DNA from: Thermoanaerobaculia bacterium
GTDB taxonomy: Bacteria; Acidobacteriota; Thermoanaerobaculia; Multivoradales; Multivoraceae
Direction: 5' to 3'
DNA length: 64,000 bases
Assembly (NCBI GenBank): GCA_963666565.1
Contig: OY762911.1
Coordinates: forward strand, 1,888,001-1,952,000
Each line of letters begins with the position of its first letter. The stretch's first letter is position 1. The notes below the pieces were generated by a model. That model was not told the origin of the DNA and did not search any database. It was given only the letters and a program-made list of their open reading frames with translations. The position numbers were made by a program, and so were the translations under genes. Positions 36,849 to 46,560 of the stretch are shown here, piece after piece.

Positions 36849-38419
36849 GCTCGCCTCACCCTCAGCCTGGCGGGAGCGGACGGCGGACGATAGCCGAGGA
36901 CCCGCCGCGCAGCGTACTGCAGTGGTACGAAGACGATGAACAGGTAGAGGTACAGCGGGAAGCTGCCGAGCATCGCGCTCTCGAACCAGCGGAACCCTTC
37001 GTGGCACAGAATGAGGCAGCCCATCGCTGCTACCGGGTTCAGCAGCCACTGGTCGCGGAACAGCAACCAGACCAGCGCGAAGCCGCCGCCGGTCAGGGCG
37101 CACCCCAAGGCCAGCGCCGGGTAGCCGCCCCACCAGTAGTACGCGCCCTGCAGGGTGACGGCGGTGGAACTCGTGGCGCTCTCGGCGCTGCCGGCCTCGC
37201 CCAGGATCACCGTGAACTCGCGCCCGAACGAGACCTGCGGCTTGCCGGGCCAGAGGACGCGCGGCGTGACGGCCACCATGAGATCCTCGAAGAAGCTCTC
37301 CTGGCGGGTGCCGGCCACCTCCACGTGGCGGTACACCCAGGCGGTAAAGGGGGTGAGGGACATGCGCGCGATCAGTCTCCAGGCGCCGCGCGGAAACTGG
37401 TGCGTCTCGGCGAAGCCCTCCGTGCCGGGCACGGCGCCGCGGAGGGCGTCGGCCAGGAACGGCGTTACCGGCACGTCGTAGCGGAGCGCCGGCGCCTGCC
37501 CCGCGCCCGCCTGCCGCAGCGCGTCCCGGTGCGGCGGCGAGTAGGTTCCCACGACGAACAGAAAGAAGCCGGCTACCGCCACAACCGTGGCGAGCGCCCG
37601 GCGGCGGGAGAACCGCTCCCGCGACCACCTTCGCGCTCGCCGGTTGGTCGCCACCAGCACCAGCGGCAAGGCGGCGATCAGGATGTCGGACTTCATGTAG
37701 GAGTAGAGCCCGTCCACCACGTCCAGCGCCAGGAAGAGAAGCGCGACGACGGCGCGCGGCCAGGAGGGCCCTCCCTCGCCCGAGTTCATCGCGGCTACGA
37801 GCATGAGGCAGACGCCGGCGGCCACGCCGTAGTCCGGCACGAAGTTGCCCAGCCTGCCCATTCCGCTCAGCGGCAGCCAAGGTTCGGAAAGGCGCAGCGC
37901 GCCGCTCGCGGCGGAGGTGGCCAGACCCGCGGACCACACGCGCGGCCACAGGTCCGGCGCGATCGTGGCCGCCGCGGGCGGGCGGGGGCGGAACCGGGAG
38001 GCGACCAGAAAGTACCCCGCGACGACGCACCAGTCTCCCAGCAGCACCAGCCAGTGCCCTCGCATGAGGTACTCGGACACGTCCACGCGGCCAAGCGTGA
38101 AGAAACGCTGTTCTTCGGCCGCCAGCGCGACGACCAGGAAGAACGCTCCGGCGCCGAGCCGGAGGACGCAGGCGCCGAGATAGAACAGGATCGGACTGGG
38201 CCGGTAGCCGTTCCACCGGTACTCCGCGACCACGAACCAGGCGTAGAGCGCCACCGCCGCCAAGCCGCTCGAGGTCAGGACGAAGGCGTCGTAGCCCGAG
38301 TCCAGCATCAAGCCGAACCAGGCGACGTGTACGAGCTGCACCGCCGGCAGAACGAAGCGGTGCCTTGCGGTGGCGCGCGCCGGCCGGATACGGGGCCCGT
38401 TCGCACGCGGCTCGATCAC
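36845..38419 (-). CDS. Multi-TM protein, probable Wzy-like polysaccharide polymerase (copy 1)
   Basis: About 11 TM with a large periplasmic loop, SYMKSDIL, PRVLWPGKP...GREF, STAVTLQGAYYWWGG; GTGA overlap at 38416-38419. Confidence 0.7.
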   Translation of the reverse strand: MIEPRANGPRIRPARATARHRFVLPAVQLVHVAWFGLMLDSGYDAFVLTSSGLAAVALYAWFVVAEYRWNGYRPSPILFYLGACVLRLGAGAFFLVVALAAEEQRFFTLGRVDVSEYLMRGHWLVLLGDWCVVAGYFLVASRFRPRPPAAATIAPDLWPRVWSAGLATSAASGALRLSEPWLPLSGMGRLGNFVPDYGVAAGVCLMLVAAMNSGEGGPSWPRAVVALLFLALDVVDGLYSYMKSDILIAALPLVLVATNRRARRWSRERFSRRRALATVVAVAGFFLFVVGTYSPPHRDALRQAGAGQAPALRYDVPVTPFLADALRGAVPGTEGFAETHQFPRGAWRLIARMSLTPFTAWVYRHVEVAGTRQESFFEDLMVAVTPRVLWPGKPQVSFGREFTVILGEAGSAESATSSTAVTLQGAYYWWGGYPALALGCALTGGGFALVWLLFRDQWLLNPVAAMGCLILCHEGFRWFESAMLGSFPLYLYLFIVFVPLQYAARRVLGYRPPSAPARLRVRRA

Positions 38420-39999
38420 ACCGGCATCCTCCGCAGTCTGGCTGGAGGCGGCGACGGACGATAGCCGAGGACCCGCCGCGCCGCGTACTGCAGCGGCACG
38501 AAGACGATGAACAGATAGAGGTACAGGGGGAAGCTGCCGAGCATCGCGCTCTCGAACCAGCGGAAACCCTCGTGGCACAGCACGAGGGAGCCCATGGCGG
38601 CCACCGGGTTCAGCAGCCATTGGTCGCGGAACATCGCCCACACGAACGCGAAGCCCGCGCCGGTCAGGGCGCACCCCAGCGCCAGCGCCGGGTAGCCGCC
38701 CCACCAGTAGTAGGCGCCCTGCAGGGTGACGGCGGTCGAGCTCACGGCGCTGTCGACGCTGCGCGCGTCTCCGAGGATCACCGTGAACTCCCGTCCGAAC
38801 GCGACGTCCGGTTTGTCAGGCCAGACGAAACGCGGCACGATGGCCGCCAGGAGTTCCTCCAGGAAGCTCTCGTCGCGGGTGCCCGTCGTCTCCACGTGGC
38901 GGTACACCCAGGCCGCGTAGGGCGTGAGGGACATGCGCGAGATCAGCTTCCAGGCGCCGTTCGGGAAGCGGTGCGTCTCGGCGAAACTCGCGGTGCCGGG
39001 CACGGCGCTGCGCAGCGCGTTGCCGAGGTACGGCGTCACCGCCACGTCGTAGCGGACCGTCGGCGACTCCCCCACGCCGGCGCTCCGCAGCGCGTCCCGG
39101 CGGGGCGGCGAGTAGGCCGCCACGACGAACAGGAAGAAGCAGCTCGCCAGGAGCGCGGTGGAAAGGGCACGGCCGCCGAAGAAGCGCTCCGACCGCCATC
39201 GTCGGGCGCGACGGTCGGTCGCCACCAGCACCAGCGGCAACAGGGCAATCAGGATGTCGGCCTTCATGTAGGAGTAGAACCCGTCCACCACGTCGAACGC
39301 CAGGAAGGCGACCGCGACGGCGACCCGCGGCCACGACGGCCGCCCCTCGCCCGAGTTCATCGCGGCCACCAGCATGAGGCAGACGCCGGCAGCCACGCCG
39401 TAGTCCGTCGCGAAAGCGGCCAGTTGGCCCGCCCCGACCAACGTGATCCAGGTCTCCGTCGCGCGCAGCGCGACGCTGGCGCCGGCGGTGACGAGCCCCG
39501 CCGTCCACACCCGCGGCCACAGGTCCGGCGCAACCGCCGCCGCCGCGGGCGGGCGAGGTCGGAGCCGGGAAGCGACCAGGAAGTAACCCGCGACGACGAA
39601 CCAGTCCCCGAGCAGGGTCAGCCAGTGCCCCTGCATGAGGTAGTCGGACACGTCCAGTTGGCCGACCGTGAGGAAGGATCGCAAGCGGGCATTCGTCGCC
39701 GCGACGACGAACACCGCGGACGCGCCGAGGCGCAGGACGGAGGCGCCGAGGTAGAAGAGAATCGGCGTGGGCCGGTTGCCGTTCCACTGGTACTCCGCGA
39801 TCACGAACCATGCGTACAGCGCGGCCGACGCCACGCCGCTTCCGACGAGGGCGAAGGCGTCGTAGCCGGCGCTCAGCGTCGAAGCGAACCACGCGAGGTG
39901 GGCGAGCTGCAGCGCCGGCAAGACGATCCGGTGGCGCGCCGAGGCGGGCGCCGGTCGGCCGTCGTTCGCTTTCGGGCGGGCCGTGAGGCAGCGAATCAC
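38416..39999 (-). CDS. Multi-TM protein, probable Wzy-like polymerase (copy 2, tandem paralog)
   Basis: Highly similar to 36845-38419, with a near-identical C-terminus; PRFVWPDKP motif. Confidence 0.7.
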   Translation of the reverse strand: MIRCLTARPKANDGRPAPASARHRIVLPALQLAHLAWFASTLSAGYDAFALVGSGVASAALYAWFVIAEYQWNGNRPTPILFYLGASVLRLGASAVFVVAATNARLRSFLTVGQLDVSDYLMQGHWLTLLGDWFVVAGYFLVASRLRPRPPAAAAVAPDLWPRVWTAGLVTAGASVALRATETWITLVGAGQLAAFATDYGVAAGVCLMLVAAMNSGEGRPSWPRVAVAVAFLAFDVVDGFYSYMKADILIALLPLVLVATDRRARRWRSERFFGGRALSTALLASCFFLFVVAAYSPPRRDALRSAGVGESPTVRYDVAVTPYLGNALRSAVPGTASFAETHRFPNGAWKLISRMSLTPYAAWVYRHVETTGTRDESFLEELLAAIVPRFVWPDKPDVAFGREFTVILGDARSVDSAVSSTAVTLQGAYYWWGGYPALALGCALTGAGFAFVWAMFRDQWLLNPVAAMGSLVLCHEGFRWFESAMLGSFPLYLYLFIVFVPLQYAARRVLGYRPSPPPARLRRMPV

Positions 40000-40003
40000 G
40001 ATC

Positions 40004-41194
40004 TCAGTCTACGCGGATCCACTCGGGCCGCCGCGCCCGGCCGCGAAGCCAGGCGTAGGCGGCGGCGATTCGGCGCCCGGCCGCGTCCCGCACGAAGTCG
40101 GCGGCCATCCAGTCTCGTCCCGCCGACCCCATCTCACGCAGGCGCGCCGGTTCGGCGGCGAGCGCCTCCTTCAGGCAGGCGGCCAGCGCGTCGACGCCCG
40201 GGCGGATCCACCAGCCCGCGCCCCGGGCTTCCAGCTCCGGCCACGGAGAAGCGGTCGTCGTGATCACGGGCGTGCCAGCCGCCAAGGCCTCCGCCACGGT
40301 GAACCCGAAGTTTTCCGAGCGGGTCGGCAGGACGTAGAGCTGCGCCTCGGCGTAAGCCTCGTCCCGGGCGGGCCCGGTCAGCTCCCCGGCAAAGACCACG
40401 CGGTCGGCGCCGCGATCCGTCGCGTGGCGGCGCATCGCGTCCAGGTAGCCGCGTGGGTCGAAGTCGGTCCCGGCGATCACGACCCGCCACCGCGGGAAGC
40501 GGTCCTGCACCAGCCGCCAGGCGTCGATCAGCGTGTCAACTCCCTTCGTCGGATGGATCCGGGCGAGGAACAGCAGAACGCGGTCGCCTCCATCGGTGGC
40601 GTCGGGCACCGGCCGCCGCTGCGGCGGCAGGCCTACTCCGTAGGGCGAAACCGCGACCGGCTGGGAGAAGCCGAGCCGCCGGATGTCCTCGTACTCCGCC
40701 TCCGAGGCGGCGTGCCAGCAGGTGGCTCGTTCCAGCGCGGGCCGCTGCAGGACCCGCCAGAACGGCCGCTTCACCTGCGCCCGGAATCGCATGGCCCAGG
40801 GCGCCAGCGAGCCGTGTGGCGCGACGACGAAGGCGGCGCCGGCGACGCGGGCGATGGAGGCTGGCTGGACCGTGCTCATGCGCCACAGGCCGTGGACGTG
40901 GACCACGTCGGCCCGGCCGCCGCGCAGCTCCGCGGCGAGCCACCGGCGCAGCGTCGGCGAGCGGCCGAGCCGGCGCGGACCGAGGCCGCGGGGAAAGTCC
41001 CGGGCGAACGGGGGCAACGCGTTCGCGTCGCCCTCGACGGTGGCCAGGACCACGCTCTCGCCGGCGGCCCGCAGCCCGTCGCACAACTGAAGCACGGCGG
41101 CCGAGATGCCGCTCGACGCGCCGGCGATGCCCGGCGCGATCTGGATCGACGCCGCGTTCGCGGCGGCGGGAGTCGTCGGAAGAGCCACGGTCAA
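40004..41194 (-). CDS. GT4 glycosyltransferase (paralog of 34499-35710)
   Basis: HVHGLW, APHGSL, LFLARIHPTKG, LPTRSENFGFTVAEALAAG. Confidence 0.9.
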   Translation of the reverse strand: MTVALPTTPAAANAASIQIAPGIAGASSGISAAVLQLCDGLRAAGESVVLATVEGDANALPPFARDFPRGLGPRRLGRSPTLRRWLAAELRGGRADVVHVHGLWRMSTVQPASIARVAGAAFVVAPHGSLAPWAMRFRAQVKRPFWRVLQRPALERATCWHAASEAEYEDIRRLGFSQPVAVSPYGVGLPPQRRPVPDATDGGDRVLLFLARIHPTKGVDTLIDAWRLVQDRFPRWRVVIAGTDFDPRGYLDAMRRHATDRGADRVVFAGELTGPARDEAYAEAQLYVLPTRSENFGFTVAEALAAGTPVITTTASPWPELEARGAGWWIRPGVDALAACLKEALAAEPARLREMGSAGRDWMAADFVRDAAGRRIAAAYAWLRGRARRPEWIRVD

Positions 41195-41217
41195 CGCGCG
41201 AGTGTATGTTCAGCATC

Positions 41218-42201
41218 GTGTCGACTTCGCTGATCGTCCCCACCCTGAACCGGCCGGACGACGTCGTCCGCCTCCTGCGCTCGGTCGAACGGCTCGATCC
41301 CGGCTTCGACGAGATCATCCTGGTGGAGCAGGGCGACGCACGCCGCACCCGCGCCGTGGCCGACCGGTTTCCGGCCCTGGCGATCACGGTGGCCACGCTT
41401 GCCGAGCCGTCCGCCGCCCGTGCCCGCAACGCGGGCGTCGAAAGAGCCGGCGGCGACTACGTGTTCTTCATCGACGACGATACCGAGCTGCCGCCCGACT
41501 ACGTGCGTGCCGCCCTGGACGGTTTCGGGGCTCATCCGGAGGCGCTTGGCCTGACCGGAACGATGCGGCACGGCGTGCCCGTCCGGCACTCGGCGGCCAG
41601 GCGGCTCTTCCACCGCTGCCTGTACACGCTGTTGCTGGTGCAGGCATGGCGTTCGAACCGGGTGCTGCGGTCCGGCATCAACTGCTTCGCCCGGGGCGCG
41701 CCGGAACCCCCGTGCCCGGCGCACGAGGTGGAGTGGCTTCCGGGCTGCCACGCCGCGTACCGCCGGCGCGTGTTCGACGAGGGCCTCCGTTTCGACCCGG
41801 TCTTCGTCCGCTGGGGTTTCTGCAACGACACGATGCTGTCCTACCAGGTCCACAAGCGCTACGGCCCGGGTTCGCTGCGATTCGAGCCCGCCTTCGCCCT
41901 CGTACATCACGAGAGTCCGGACGGCAGCCAGTCCGCCGAAGAGGCGGTGCGGATGATGGTCGTCGACCAGTTCGTCTTCTGGCGGCGTGAGGTGTACCGC
42001 GGGTCGCCGCTGAACCTGCTGTGCTACCTCGCGGCCCAGCCCGGCTTCGTGCTGTTCCACTGGGCCGGCCGGTGCTCGACGGGCCGCCTGCGGAGTCTCC
42101 GGGCGGCGGCTTGGGCCTACCTGTTCCTGCTGCGCCGCTGGCGCGAGGTGGCCGACGGCCGCGTCGAGTACCACCGCTTCCTGCTGGACGCGAACCCATG
42201 A
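41218..42201 (+). CDS. GT2 glycosyltransferase (start GTG 41218 or ATG 41206)
   Basis: SLIVPTLNR, ARARNAG, FFIDDD, WLPGCHAAYRR. Confidence 0.9.
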   Translation: MSTSLIVPTLNRPDDVVRLLRSVERLDPGFDEIILVEQGDARRTRAVADRFPALAITVATLAEPSAARARNAGVERAGGDYVFFIDDDTELPPDYVRAALDGFGAHPEALGLTGTMRHGVPVRHSAARRLFHRCLYTLLLVQAWRSNRVLRSGINCFARGAPEPPCPAHEVEWLPGCHAAYRRRVFDEGLRFDPVFVRWGFCNDTMLSYQVHKRYGPGSLRFEPAFALVHHESPDGSQSAEEAVRMMVVDQFVFWRREVYRGSPLNLLCYLAAQPGFVLFHWAGRCSTGRLRSLRAAAWAYLFLLRRWREVADGRVEYHRFLLDANP

Positions 42202-42315
42202 AGTCGCCAATCGTGCGTCACCGGGACCGGGCGAACCGATGCCTGGGAGCGACTCATCGCGGCCGTTTGCGCCAGCGGGGCGCCGCCCGCTCGCGGGTTG
42301 CAGAAGTAGCTGGCC

Positions 42316-43341
42316 ATGAGTGAGACCGTTCGCTGGGGCATCCTCGGTCCGGGCACGATCGCCCGCAAGTTCGCGGCCGCCGTGGACGCTCTGGACGGCC
42401 ATGACGTGACGGCCACCGGCAGCCGCGACCCCGAACGCGCGCACGCCTTCAATGCCGAGCGCGGCTACGCCGCTGCCGAAGCCGGGACCTACGCTCAGCT
42501 CGCCTGCAGCGAAGCGGTCGACGCCGTGTACGTCGCCACGCCCCACTCCGGCCACCTCGAGCATGCGGCGCTGGCGCTCCGGCAGGGCAAGGCTGTCCTG
42601 TGCGAGAAGCCGCTCGCCGTCAACGCTTCGGAGGCTCGCGCGATGTGCGGCATCGCCCGACGGCACGGCGCCCCGCTCATGGAAGCCATGTGGAGCCGCT
42701 TCCTGCCGGCGACCCGCCAGGCGAACCGCTGGCTGGCCGGCGGCGTGATCGGTGAACCCCGTCGCCTCGCCTGCTCGTTCGGCTTCCACTCTCCGTTCGA
42801 CCCGAAGAGCCGGCTTTACGCCCCGGATCTCGCCGGCGGCAGTCTGCTCGACACCGGCTGCTACACGCTCTCGCTGGCCGCGCTCGTCTTCGGCGAGGCG
42901 CTGACCGGCGCCGAAGCCCCGGAGATGGAGGTCGAGGCCGAGCTGGCGCCGACCGGCGTCGACCGTCATTGCAGCGTGACGGTGCGGTTCTCGTCGGGAG
43001 CCGAAGCGCGCCTCGAGAGCTCGAAGAGCCGCGAGACCGACCACACAGCCGTGATCGTGGGCGCCGAGGGCCGCATCGAGATCCCCCGCTTCTGGCGCGC
43101 CGAGCGCGCGGTGCTGCATCGCGCCGGCGGGGGCGAGAGTGCCGAACACCCGTTCCTCGCCAACGGGTTCGAGTATCAACTGCTGGAGATGGGGCGTCTG
43201 TTGCGCGAAGGCGCGCTCGAGAGCGCCCTGCTGCCTCACGCCGAGTCGATCGCGCTGCTCGAACTGATGGACGAGATCCGCCGGCGGATGGGGGTGCGGT
43301 ACCCGTTCGAAAAGGCGATCGGCGTGACGGCGGGGGTGTAG
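42316..43341 (+). CDS. Gfo/Idh/MocA family oxidoreductase
   Basis: VRWGILGPGTIA, YVATPHSGH, VLCEKP, MEAMWSRFLP, GGSLLDTGCY. Confidence 0.93.
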   Translation: MSETVRWGILGPGTIARKFAAAVDALDGHDVTATGSRDPERAHAFNAERGYAAAEAGTYAQLACSEAVDAVYVATPHSGHLEHAALALRQGKAVLCEKPLAVNASEARAMCGIARRHGAPLMEAMWSRFLPATRQANRWLAGGVIGEPRRLACSFGFHSPFDPKSRLYAPDLAGGSLLDTGCYTLSLAALVFGEALTGAEAPEMEVEAELAPTGVDRHCSVTVRFSSGAEARLESSKSRETDHTAVIVGAEGRIEIPRFWRAERAVLHRAGGGESAEHPFLANGFEYQLLEMGRLLREGALESALLPHAESIALLELMDEIRRRMGVRYPFEKAIGVTAGV

Positions 43342-43348
43342 AGGCCCG

Positions 43349-44455
43349 CTACGCGCCTGGAGGAACGCCGCCACCGGCGGGCGAACCCGCTGGAAGGCTA
43401 TGACCGGATCCAGTACCTGTTCGAGACGCTTCCGGCCGGCCCGCATCCGGGTGCATGTAGCCGTAGCGCACCAGCTTCTCCGCGCTGACTCCGAAGGCGC
43501 GGCTCAGGTAGTCGTCCCGCAGGCCGAGCAACCGCTGCAGGCGCCGGCGCTCGTCGTCGGACGGTGCCCGGTGCCTGATCGGCTCGCGGAGGTGGACGTT
43601 GCCAACCCGCCGTCCCAGGCGCATCACCGGCGGATGGCGTTGCAGCCAGCGCCGGTAGCCGTCCAGGCCCCGCTCGTAGCGCTCGAAGGGCATCCGTCGC
43701 CGGAGGAAGTTCTTGACGACGTCCCGCAGGGTCAGCGTCGGGGAGCTCCGGCCAGCCCTTGCGCTCATGCCGACGTTGCGCGGCATGGAGGAGAACAGCC
43801 GCCAGAACTCGTCCGGTTCGGCCTCCAGGCAGGCGGCCACTCGCGACGACCAGGCGGCGGGGTCGTGCAGCAGATCCTCGTAGAGCAGCACCTCCACCCG
43901 GTCGAAGTAACGGCGCAGGAGGCGTGCGTAGGCGTCGTGGAAGTAGGCGGTCCACGGCGCCCGCGGGCCGTCCAGCCGCAGCAACTTCTCCAGGTACTTG
44001 TCCATCGTGTCGAGGACGGGGACATGCTGGAGCCGATGGACGTAGTCCTCCGCGTAGTTGGCGGCCACCAGATCGACCGGAGACCGCAGCGACACGAGCA
44101 CCGTGACCTCCACGTCGCGAAACAGCGCGCGGAGGTTGTGCAGAACGGCCCCGGCATCCGTCGGCGCGCCGTCGCCCATCGTCTCGGCGCTGATCCGCTC
44201 GTCGCTGAGCACGTTCAGACGGTCGCCGTCGAGGAGCGCGTCGACCTCCGGGCGCAGCGCGTCCAGTTCGCCGTCCGTCAGCCGGGCGCCGCGGATCCGG
44301 TGGTACACGTTGCGGAACGGAAGGTGCGTGGGGGCCCAGCACACGCCCAGGTAGTTGATGCACCCCGACCGCCACCAAGGCATCAGGACGTTAATCTGCA
44401 ACGATGTCGTCGCCGTCTTCGGCAGCCCCACATGCAGCAGCAGCCGGCAGGTCAT
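43349..44455 (-). CDS. Sulfotransferase-like P-loop protein
   Basis: LLHVGLPKTATTSLQ (5'-PSB loop), VLSDE, SLRSP, LLYEDL. Confidence 0.8.
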   Translation of the reverse strand: MTCRLLLHVGLPKTATTSLQINVLMPWWRSGCINYLGVCWAPTHLPFRNVYHRIRGARLTDGELDALRPEVDALLDGDRLNVLSDERISAETMGDGAPTDAGAVLHNLRALFRDVEVTVLVSLRSPVDLVAANYAEDYVHRLQHVPVLDTMDKYLEKLLRLDGPRAPWTAYFHDAYARLLRRYFDRVEVLLYEDLLHDPAAWSSRVAACLEAEPDEFWRLFSSMPRNVGMSARAGRSSPTLTLRDVVKNFLRRRMPFERYERGLDGYRRWLQRHPPVMRLGRRVGNVHLREPIRHRAPSDDERRRLQRLLGLRDDYLSRAFGVSAEKLVRYGYMHPDAGRPEASRTGTGSGHSLPAGSPAGGGVPPGA

Positions 44456-44457
44456 CC

Positions 44458-45579
44458 GTGGAGCCTAGCCCGGCGCCCCGACCGCCGCGTCCCCTGCACT
44501 GGGTCCTGCCGGCGAGAACGCCGTACTGGTCGTACTTTCTGGGCGCCCTGGCGGCGGACCCGGAAGTCGACCTGACGGTGCACTACGCCCAACTGTCGCT
44601 CCCGCTGTACCCGTGGCGCTCGGGTTGGGAAGACCGTTTCAAACGCCGCGCCTTCGCGAGTCCCCTCCTCGACCCGGCGATCCTCCGGCTGGCCGCCGAC
44701 CGGCGGCAGCGGCTGGTGGTCTGCGGCTGGCAGACCCCCGGCATGGCCGCGCTGCTGCTGGAGCTGGCGGCGCTCGGCCGCCCGTACCTGTTCTTCGCCG
44801 ACACGCCGGCGGCGCGCCCGCGCGCGCTGCCGAGGCGGGCGGCGCGGAACCTGATCGTGCGGACCGTGCTGCGCAGCGCGTCGATCGTGATGACCACCGG
44901 CGCGCCCGGCGTCGAGGCTCTGAAGGCGATGGGTTGCCCGGCCGGCAAGCTGGTCGACCTGCCGTACTTCTGCGATCCGGAGGCGTTCCGGCGGCCCGCC
45001 GGCCCGCCGGAAGACGGCGTGCTGCGCATCGCCTCCTGCGGCCGCCTGATCCCGGAGAAGTCGTACAACGTGGCGCTCGAGGCGGCGGCCGCGCTGAAGC
45101 GGGCCGCGCCGGACGTCCGTTTCCGCTACGACATCGCGGGCGCCGGTCCCCAGGGGCCGTCCCTGCGTTCGCTGGCCGGCCGGCTCGGCCTTGCCGGAGA
45201 CGTCCGCTTCCGCGGCTGGCTCGAGCCGGACGAGGTCCGCGGCCTCCTGGGGCGCTGCGACCTGTTCCTGCATCCGGCGTCGCGCGAGCCGTACGGCGTC
45301 GCCGTCCTCGAGGCGATGGCGGCCGGAACGACGGTGCTCGGATCGGCCGCGACCGGCGCGGTGCGCGACCGCATCGTTCACGGCGCCAACGGCCTCGTTC
45401 ATCCGGCCGGCGACGCGGAGCGTCTCGCGGCGCAGATGGTCGACCTGGCGAGGGGCCGGGAGCGGATCCGGCGGCTCGGCCGCGCGGCCGCCACGACCGC
45501 CAACGCCTGGCCCGCGTCCCGGGGCGTCGCCATCGTCAAGGAGGCCATGGCGCGGGCCTGGCCCGCTGGTCCGCCGTGA
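44458..45579 (+). CDS. GT4 glycosyltransferase
   Basis: TPYWSYF, SCGRLIPEKSY, FRGWLEP, EPYGVAVLEAMAAG. Confidence 0.88.
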   Translation: MEPSPAPRPPRPLHWVLPARTPYWSYFLGALAADPEVDLTVHYAQLSLPLYPWRSGWEDRFKRRAFASPLLDPAILRLAADRRQRLVVCGWQTPGMAALLLELAALGRPYLFFADTPAARPRALPRRAARNLIVRTVLRSASIVMTTGAPGVEALKAMGCPAGKLVDLPYFCDPEAFRRPAGPPEDGVLRIASCGRLIPEKSYNVALEAAAALKRAAPDVRFRYDIAGAGPQGPSLRSLAGRLGLAGDVRFRGWLEPDEVRGLLGRCDLFLHPASREPYGVAVLEAMAAGTTVLGSAATGAVRDRIVHGANGLVHPAGDAERLAAQMVDLARGRERIRRLGRAAATTANAWPASRGVAIVKEAMARAWPAGPP

Positions 45580-45765
45580 GGACGTACGTGGTCTTCTTCG
45601 CTCCGTCGCTGCAGGCCCGAGCGGGCGGCGCCGGCGACAGCCCGCGGTCTGCTGGCCGGACCGGACTCCCCGCTGCCGGCGCCACTACAGGGCTTTACGT
45701 TCCCGGCGAACGCCTTGTAGGGTTTCCCCGACGGACGAGATGATCTGGCGAAGGGAGGCAGGTCG

Positions 45766-46026
45766 TTGCAGAAGACACTACGCATCACGCAGGAGGATTC
45801 CCAGAGTCTTGATTCCCTGAAGGACATGTTCGGCGTGGACGAGGATCAGACGGCCATGCGTGCCGCGCTGGATCTCACCCGTGAGCTCGTCCGGAGGGCC
45901 GCCATCGGGGACAAGATCCTCATCCAGCGAGACAACGGGACGCCTCAGAAGCTCGAGCTTCACACCAGGAGCTTCAGCCGCAGGGAACTCAGGGCCTTGG
46001 AGAATCGGGTTGAGCAGCAGTCGTAA
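45766..46026 (+). CDS. Small ribbon-helix-helix (CopG-like) DNA-binding protein
   Basis: MQKTLRIT (beta strand) followed by two helices (SQSLDSLKDMFG; QTAMRAALDL); RBS GGGAGG; lower GC. Confidence 0.55.
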   Translation: MQKTLRITQEDSQSLDSLKDMFGVDEDQTAMRAALDLTRELVRRAAIGDKILIQRDNGTPQKLELHTRSFSRRELRALENRVEQQS

Positions 46027-46318
46027 CGAGGGCCCCGACGGGGACCAAGCCCTCTGGAAGATCGTCGACCGCTTGGCCTCCGCAGCCGAAAGCGACGCCA
46101 AGCGCCAACATCCGGCTTTTCTCGAGGACAGCTTCGTCTATCGGACAGCCTTGGTCACTCTCGCGGTAGTGGCCATCGGCTGTATCGTCTTCAGCGCCTT
46201 CGTGTGGCTCAATCCCGAGGACTCGGAGAGTTGCAGAGAGGTGCCGCCGTTCGCGACCGGCTTTGCGGGGGCCCGTATCGGCGCATTCACGGGTTTGTTC
46301 TACGTCGGGCGCAGCTAG
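46010..46318 (+). CDS. Small two-TM membrane protein
   Basis: TTG start with GGAG RBS overlapping the upstream gene; DSFVYRTALVTLAVVAIGCIVFSAFVW and PPFATGFAGARIGAFTGLF. Confidence 0.5.
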   Translation: MSSSRNEGPDGDQALWKIVDRLASAAESDAKRQHPAFLEDSFVYRTALVTLAVVAIGCIVFSAFVWLNPEDSESCREVPPFATGFAGARIGAFTGLFYVGRS

Positions 46319-46473
46319 GAGCCTGCGCCACAGAACGCCGCGAAGCAAGTCTGGCGCGCAGGCGCCGCGTGCGGACGGGATGGGCCGAAGCACCGAGCCT
46401 GCGAGTGGTTTCGGGGCGCCAGGAAACAGTAGTCCGCCGGGACCGCCGGCCGGCGACGATGCGGAGACGGTCT

Positions 46474-46534
46474 CCGACCGGCGCATCTTTCGGCCGCCTT
46501 CGGCGGCAGCGGGTCAGAGGACCCGCGCACCCGG
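46474..46534. repeat. REP-like element copy (reverse orientation)
   Basis: GGCCGCCTTCGGCGGCAGCGGGTCAGAGGACCCGCGCACCCGG. Confidence 0.8.
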
Positions 46535-46560
46535 CGGACCGGCTCTTGGCGCTGTTCTCG

